From NCBI GenBank assembly GCA_964016885.1, contig OZ024753.1, forward strand, positions 45,012,001 to 45,076,000: a stretch of 64,000 nucleotides of DNA. The letters are read 5' to 3'. This DNA is from Eledone cirrhosa. Lineage: Eukaryota. Under the pieces are notes generated by a model that was not told the DNA's origin, did not search any database, and saw nothing but the letters and a program-made list of their open reading frames with translations. Position numbers and translations under genes: made by a program. Positions 55,885 through 64,000 of this stretch are shown here, piece after piece; positions within the stretch are counted from its first letter, which is position 1, and every line of letters begins with the position of its first letter.

Positions 55885-56310
55885 CCACTTATTCCTGGGA
55901 GGGACGTGCAGACAGAGTCCCAAAGCATACCTTCCAGCGTATCCTGTCAGAAGCAACCGTCTCTGCCTGATCTGACTGAATCCCCAAGCGAGACCAACCA
56001 AGCTCCTGAGTGTTATTCAATCATCTTCTTCTGGGTCTACACCCGGGTCTCCTGCCAGTTAATTTTGCCCGTAAAATTTGTCCAGCGATTTTTCCCTGAG
56101 ACATTCTGACTACATGTCTGTAGTATAGGAGCTGTGATCTCTCAATTCGGAGATGTGGAGGCTCTTACCTGGAGTGATTTATATCGAGTAACATAACTCT
56201 AAAGACCCTTTGGAGGAAATCCATTTCGACAGTTTGTATTCGTGATCGAATTCTTTCGGTCCTTACCCAAGATTCATGACCATAGGTGAGGGTTGGCACC
56301 AATACCGAAT
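55885..56310 (-). mobile_element. Degenerate RTE-like LINE fragment
   Basis: Minus strand reads ...YGHESW...RIQTVEMDFL...GRPRRR..; homologous to ~20770-20990. Confidence 0.55.
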
Positions 56311-59300
56311 TGAAGATACCAAGTTCCTGCAATTATTGCATTTAATTCAGCCTCCTGTCTTACATCACTCGTGAGAATTGTAATCCTGGTATGACATACC
56401 AGTCCCGGACACCAAAAATGAAGCACGTTCAGCCCTATTGCAATCGCTATTGGCGGCACTGGACACTCATTTATAAACTGTGACAACAATGACAAGTAGG
56501 ATTAAATGTATGAGTAACTTAAGAGAAATAACTATTTACAGAAACAAATATATGGTTAGAACCTAGGACCTTGTGATAGGAAAACAAACTTCTTATTGTA
56601 GCAATATGACTGAAATAGGAAATACATCGGGTGCATGTTTGTGTGAATACATTTTAAAGGGTTACATACGGAAATAGTGTTAAGAACTTTCAGGAGAGCT
56701 GGACAACAGAAGGTCTTACTTCTCTGAAGACCTTCTGTTGTCTAGCTCTCCTGCGAGTTTCTTACCACTATTACAAACACACATGGCATATTATTATAAA
56801 AGGGCGGTAGAGGATCGGACGCCATGCTTTGACGCATAGAGTTACGGCCCTGGCCATTCTGAGTTCAAATCCCGCCGAGGTTAACTTTGCCTTTCATCCT
56901 TACGGGGTTGATAAAATAAGGTACCAGTAATACACTGGGTATCTGCTGGCCTCGTGCCAAAAGTAGAAACAATTATTATAAAAGTACCAGTAATTCACTG
57001 GGATAATTGCGGGCTTAATGCCAAAAAGTATAAATAATTATTATAGCTGAGGGCGTTAGATTGACAGTATCAATAGAGCGTCGGCTAACATGCTTTGTAG
57101 CATTGAGTTACGACCCTTTACGTTCTTAGTTCAAATCTCGCCGAGATTAGCTTTGCTTTTCATCCTTACAGGGTCGATAAAACGAAGTACCAGTAACGCA
57201 CTGGGTCGATTTAATCGACCCCCACAAAAAAAAAATTTAACCTTGTGCCTAAATCAGAAACCATGATGCTACTCAGTAATGTCTTAATATGAATTTACTA
57301 GTCTAGAGGGTCGGTGGAATTTCAAATGAACACCTATAATTATATCCGGATTAAAAAGGTGCCGGAAAATCGACATTGAAGCTGTATTTTGATTGTTCTG
57401 TCGACATTATTTGAAATTTTAAAAACTGGCAATAATCTACGTTAGATAACTGAACACGTTCACTCGGCGTTTGATCCAAACACTGGCTCTGTTTTTATTT
57501 ATGTTGAACTGGTCGGCGTCTCAGACTCGTTTTCACGTAACACAATAGAAAGAAGGACCGAAATACTTGTAATGAGGAGGCGATGTTTTCTTCTCTGAAG
57601 ACCCTCTACTATCCAGCTCTCCTGAGAGTTTCTTACCACCAAAGCAATATGGAATTTGAGAAAATCAACAATAACAACCATAACATACCACATGTGTTTG
57701 GATATTTATCTTCAACTATGGGACAGTGGATTGGCAGAATCGGGAGAGCGACAAACATAATCCTTTGCGGTATTTAGTTATAATTTTCCACAAATTCTGC
57801 AGCGGCTAAACTCTCCAAATATCGGTGGCTCTCTGACAGGTTTGCGGTGGAGCCTGTAGCAGTGGAGACCTCTGGTGTCCTTGGCCTTAGGACCACCTCC
57901 CTACTCCCCCACCATCGGCACAGAGTTAGCTACCCGCAGGTATGAACTTTCTATGTTCTGAATTAAATCCCACGGAAGGCGACTTTGCCTTTCATCCTTC
58001 TGGGATCGATAAAATATGATAACAATAAAATATTAGAATCGATATAATTAACACCCCACCCCTCAAACATTGCTGGCCTTATGCCTAATTTACAGATCAT
58101 TGCTTTTCATCCTTACTGGTCGATAAAATAAAGTACCAGTAATATACTGGGGTCGATTTTATCGACTTTATCCCCCCCCCCCAACATTGTTGGCCTTGTA
58201 CCTAAAACCAGAAACCATTATGTTCCTCAATGATGTCCATAGAACCAAACTTCCAAACCTCCTCACTTCCTAACCTCTATATCTTCAGACATTGTTGGCC
58301 TTCTACCTTAAACCAGAAACCATTATGTTCCTCAATGATGTCCATACAAACCTCCAAACCTCCATCTTGAGATATTGTTGGTCTTTATATTCATATTTTT
58401 AAACATATATCACATCTTTCTGTCGTAATTTCTCTCAGTTTTTGTTCCGTTTAATAATTCCTCCTGACTTTCGTTGTCTTTTTAACAAAATGTTACAAGG
58501 TTTATATTGATTCCATATTGTTAAATTGTATGTATTGACTCTATATTGGTACACTGTACTGTCTATATTGGTACATTATATTGGTTCAATACTGTTACAT
58601 TATATTAAGTCTATATCATTACACTGTATTGTGTTAATATCACTATATTAACACTATACTGTATCTATATTTACACTATATTGTTACTATATTGTTACTA
58701 TATTGCCACTATACTAACTCTATATTGTCACTATATCAATTCTATATTGTTACACTATACTGTATCTATATTAACTCTATATTGTTTCTGTATCGCTACA
58801 ATATATCGACTCTATCAGATGAACTGTACCTGTAATTGAAAGGGGCAGCCTTGTCACACACTGTCTCATGCTGAATCTCCCTGAGAATTCAGTTAAAGGT
58901 ACAAGTGTCTGTGGGATACTCAGTTAATTTTATAAGCAGGTTTTTCCATTGATGAAAACATTTGTAACATAACGGGTTTATTTTATTGAAATATTGCATC
59001 ATACTTATAAACGTTGTATTTCCAACATTGAGATATCTATCTATCTAAGGCGGGTAAAATTCCCGAGATCCATGGACGAGTTCTCTCCAGCGGTCTCTGT
59101 CCCTCATTATCGCTGCCATATCCTGCATCTCCAACAGACCAGTGTCTGTCCTTAGGGCATCAACATATGTGAACCTTGGTCTTCCTCTTCTAGTGAGATA
59201 TATTTACTATAAATTGTATATAATTCACATTTCTGCTTTCACACCAAACATCTGAAACTGAGGAATTATTCCATTTCTTTTATCACAATATCCCTAATAA

Positions 59301-59345
59301 AACAGCCAGTTCTATACACACATACGCACCACACATGCGCTCCCT

Positions 59346-59419
<74 letters not shown>

Positions 59420-59704
59420 CACACATATATACGCTCAAACAAATTTCTACAACTTTTATACTTGACGACCCTATATATATTTATTTGTACTTCTAAAAAA
59501 ATCGTTTTTCCTCCCTTTTCTCTCCCTGCCCTTTTTTTAAATGTCTTTCCACCACCCACCCACACACCCTCGGAACTCTCTTCCTACCCACTTTTCTCCT
59601 GATGAAGGGCTTATGCCCGAAACGTCCCCCCCCCCCCGACACTCAAAATAAACTACCATTGTACTGCCTCTCTGTTTTTTGTTCCTGTCTAATATTTAAC
59701 TATA

Positions 59705-59749
<45 letters not shown>

Positions 59750-59852
59750 GGGTCGTCAAGTATAAAATTTGTAGAAATTTGTTTTGTTTTTTCTACAAAT
59801 TTCATACTAGACGACGATATATATATATATATATATACACACACATTTATAA

Positions 59853-59891
<39 letters not shown>

Positions 59892-59897
59892 TTATAA

Positions 59898-59947
<50 letters not shown>

Positions 59948-61150
59948 TTTATAAATATAATATATATATATATATGGTGGCTGCCAACTCGTTTTCGAGT
60001 ATGGCCACTACTTTATATCCATGTAGGAGAACCCCTACCGATGCGCTGAACGAGTGTGACTTTTTAGTCCAGCCAGCGACTTGAAAACTCTGGTACAAAC
60101 ACTACACTTGTGACAATTATTGACACATAGTGCTGGGCCCATGGTACCATGTGATGACAAGTGCAGAGAGATCTCCAGATATAAAGCAATGCCTGTGCCG
60201 TGAAGCTTTTATAGTGAGCAAAGGCACTGCACAAAGCCAGTCCCACTCTCTTAACCAAGATGATATTTACCAAAAAGAAGAACAAGTCAACATCATTGGA
60301 TACCATCAGGGTTGCAGGTGTTATATCAGAGTTTTCCTTCTCCTAGAATTCTGCCTTGACAAAAGCTAAGGGGTCATCTCTCCCGGATATACATACATAC
60401 ATATATACATATATACATATATATATACATATATACACATATATACATATATATATATACACATATACATACATATATACATATACACACACACATACAT
60501 ACCTAGAGAGAGAAGCGAGATTAGATAGACAGATATATATTAGACAGACTGACAGACATAAACCAGCTGACATTTCTATTTCAACTTTATTCAATGGAAT
60601 CATTGTTGGTTTACTTGCCAAGAAGAAGAAAAAACGCAGTTTTGGAATTCTAGTGAAAATTCAATTCCTAGCTAATATCACCCCCACCCCTCCTCCTTCT
60701 ACCCTTACTGCTAGTCCCTCGAGTAGCTTCAGAAAGGGATGTTGTCTGCAAGGCTGTGCTGTAAGCCCACACCTTACACTCCCATTTGTTTTCTACTCCT
60801 TACATTTTCCAATAAAAGAGGCGGTCTCGAAGAAACAAGACTCCATCATTAGAAATATATACATATATATATATATGTGTGTGTGTGTATATATATATAT
60901 GTATGTGTGTGTATATATATATAGTGAGTGTCTGTATATATATATATATATGTATGTATATATATGTGTGTGTGTGTATATATATATAGTGAGTGTCTGT
61001 ATATATATATATATATGTATGTATATATATATGATTGTGTGTATATATATGTATATGTGTGTGTGTGTATATATATATAGTGAGTGTCTGTGTATATATA
61101 TATATATGCGTGAGTGTATATATATATATGCGTGAGTGTATATATATATA

Positions 61151-61209
<59 letters not shown>

Positions 61210-61487
61210 ATACATATATATATATATGAGTGTATATATATGTGTGTGAGTGTATATATATACATATATATATACATGTAGGTATACATATATATATATG
61301 TGAGTGTATATATATGTGAGTGTATATATATATATATGTGTATATATATATGTATGTGATGTATTTGTAATTGAAATCGGTGTTTTTGTGTGGTTTTCTT
61401 CCTCGTTTTTATTAATCTACAAAGTTTGACGTCACGGCTGTTAATACAGTATTGCTTTGTTTTGTGTGTGTGTGCACGTGTTTGTTG

Positions 61488-61519
<32 letters not shown>

Positions 61520-61692
61520 TGGTGTGTGTGCACGTGTTTGTTGGTGTGTGTGTGTTGGTGTGTGTGTGTGTGTTTGTGTGTGTGTGTTGGTGTGTGTGTG
61601 TGCACGTGTGTTGGTGAGAGAGAGAGATAGTGTATGCGTAAGATGTTTCCATGAAACATAACCCTACATTGGAAATCTCTCTCTCCCACACT

Positions 61693-61740
<48 letters not shown>

Positions 61741-61851
61741 CAAACCCATGAATAGCCGTTGTCTTTCACTCATAATTTTCAGTTCTTTTTGTGTTTATCT
61801 GAGTTTGAAGCCATTTCAAATAGCTGAGCCATTCATTGTTGTGATCCAGAG

Positions 61852-63017
61852 ATGGTCATAGCTATACTCCCTCTGGTGGTCATAGCTATACTACCTCTGG
61901 TGGTCATAGCTATACTACCTCTGGTGGTCATAGCTATACTACCTCTGGTGGTCATAGCTATACTACCTCTGGTGGTCATAGCTATACTCCCTCTGGTGGT
62001 CATAGCTATACTACCTCTGGTGGTCATAGCTATACTACCTCTGGTGGTCATAGCTATACTACCTCTGATGGTCATAGCTATACTACCTCTGGTGGTCATA
62101 GCTATACTACCTCTGGTGGTCATAGCTATACTACCTCTGATGGTCATAGCTATACTACTTCTGGTGGTCATAGCTATACTACCTCTGGTGGTCATAGCTA
62201 TACTACCTTTGGTGGTCATAGCTATACTACCTCTGGTGGTCATAGCTATACTACTTCTGGTGGTCATAGCTATACTACCTCTGGTGGTCATAGCTATACT
62301 ACCTCTGGTGGTCATAGCTATACTACCTTTGGTGGTCATAGCTATACTACCTCTGATGGTCATAGCTATACTACCTCTGGTGGTCATAGCTATACTACCT
62401 CTGGTGGTCATAGCTATACTACCTCTGATGGTCATAGCTATACTCCCTCTGGTGGTCATAGCTATACTACCTCTGGTGGTCATAGCTATACTACTTCTGG
62501 TGGTCATAGCTATACTACCTTTGGTGGTCATAGCTATACTACCTTTGGTGGTCATAGCTATACTACCTCTGGTGGTCATAGCTATACTACCTTTGGTGGT
62601 CATAGCTATACTACCTCTGGTGGTCATAGCTATACTCCCTCTGGTGGTCATAGCTATACTACCTCTGGTGGTCATAGCTATACTACCTCTGGTGGTCATA
62701 GCTATACTACCTCTGGTGGTCATAGCTATACTACCTCTGGTGGTCATAGCTATACTACCTCTGGTGGTCATAGCTATACTACCTCTGGTGGTCATAGCTA
62801 TACTACCTCTGGTGGTCATAGCTATACTACTTCTGGTGGTCATAGCTATACTACTTCTGGTGGTCATAGCTATACTACCTCTGGTGGTCATAGCTATACT
62901 CCCTCTGGTGGTCATAGCTATACTACCTCTGGTGGTCATAGCTATACTACCACTGGTGGTCATAGCTATACTACCTCTGGTGGTCATAGCTATACTACCT
63001 CTGATGGTCAAAGCTAC
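61852..63017. repeat. 21-bp minisatellite, about 55 copies
   Basis: TGGTCATAGCTATACTACCTC(TGG) register; 7-aa periodic ORFs on both strands. Confidence 0.97.
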
Positions 63018-64000
63018 GCTGATTGTTTAAAAAAATCCAGAATTAGTCGTTTAGTTTACATACTGAGACCCCCAGCCCACCCTATTTATTTTCTAACATG
63101 GGATTTCTAGTAATGTACTTTTTTTGTCGTCTATGTTTTTTTTTAATGTCTAAAGAAAATTGTCGCAGGAATGCTACCACTTAAAATAAAATTTCGCTGG
63201 AAATAGATTAGCAAAATTGAATCAGAGGGGGCGGGGTTAGGGTGCTGGAAAAATATCTGAAAAATTATTTAGTGGTGGTGGTAGTGGTGGTGGTGGTAGT
63301 AGTGGTGGTGGTGTTAGTGGTGTCTGGGGAGAAGAGATTATTCTAGACGCGTGAGTGCTCGTGATTAAAGTTACATAATTTGTTGATAACATTAAATGTT
63401 AATTAGTAAACGTTGTTTGTTAAAGTTATCATAACTTTAGATCACAATGTACATAACTTCACACCTTCATTTGTATTTGAACCACAGTTAAAAATAACCT
63501 ATCAAGCTGGTATTTCTATTTCTGTTGTTTTAATAACTCTGTAAGAAGCTGCTTCATTAAAGACCGTATCTAGAGCACTAGTCGGACTATTTCTTCTCTA
63601 CTTACAATGATAGAATATAAAACTGGAACGTTGCTATTGTTGTTTCATCCCAGACCAACCCCTAATCTAGCAGACACGTGATCAAAGTCACATTAACCGT
63701 GACCCAGAAGCGTAACTAGGGAAAATATCGCCACCATAATATTGAAGATATGCTACTGGCGTCGAATGCTTTTTGACTGTTTAAACTGCATTGAGGTTAA
63801 CTTTGCCTTTCATCCTTACGGGGTCGATAAAATAAAGTACCAGTAATACACTGGGATAATTGCTGGCCTTGTGTCGAAAGTAGAAACAATTATTTCCCGA
63901 AGAAATGCAATTATATGTATTATGTATAGAGTTAATAATTGCCAATTAATTATGTCCGATTGTTTTCATATGCATGTGCTATTGTAACTGCATTGAAACG

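Noticed and set aside
56691-56760. Hammerhead at CTGAAGA within a hairpin
   Set aside because: No GAAA, stem III or UH triplet follows in the required order; kept only as an inverted repeat.
60716-60800. Host exon (GCCLQGCAVSP)
   Set aside because: It resembles a decayed LINE reverse-transcriptase QGxxxSP motif; too short to call either way.
61833-63030. 392-aa ORFs on both strands
   Set aside because: Translations of a 21-bp minisatellite with no unique flanking coding sequence or splice support.

Overview
AT-rich, microsatellite-dense animal genomic DNA. The tRNA-derived SINEs with a Nin-like core and the long (TA)n/(CA)n/(GA)n tracts suggest a cephalopod (Octopus-like) genome; this is inference. 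One complete gene is well supported: a 7-exon DEDDh 3'-5' exonuclease of the ERI1 family (ERI3-like, about 232 aa, minus strand, 33468-38197), with all splice sites GT-AG and phases consistent. Two paralogous plus-strand exons of an unidentified protein (43781-44241 and 53734-53888) share the motif PTKIDESS..KYRTPNF and the same donor position. The rest is SINEs, CR1/RTE/CRE LINE fragments, TTAA (piggyBac-type) and Tc1/mariner-type MITEs, and many minisatellites; these repeats produce nearly all long ORFs in the supplied track. The most notable signal is a set of short, often palindromic elements embedded in (TA)n runs that fold into type I hammerhead ribozymes. Two are complete (3574-3624, 3997-4056) and several are partial or degenerate, from at least four sequence families; they are probably Penelope-like/retrozyme relics. 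No CRISPR array or prokaryotic system is present. Repeat boundaries were read by eye and are approximate.
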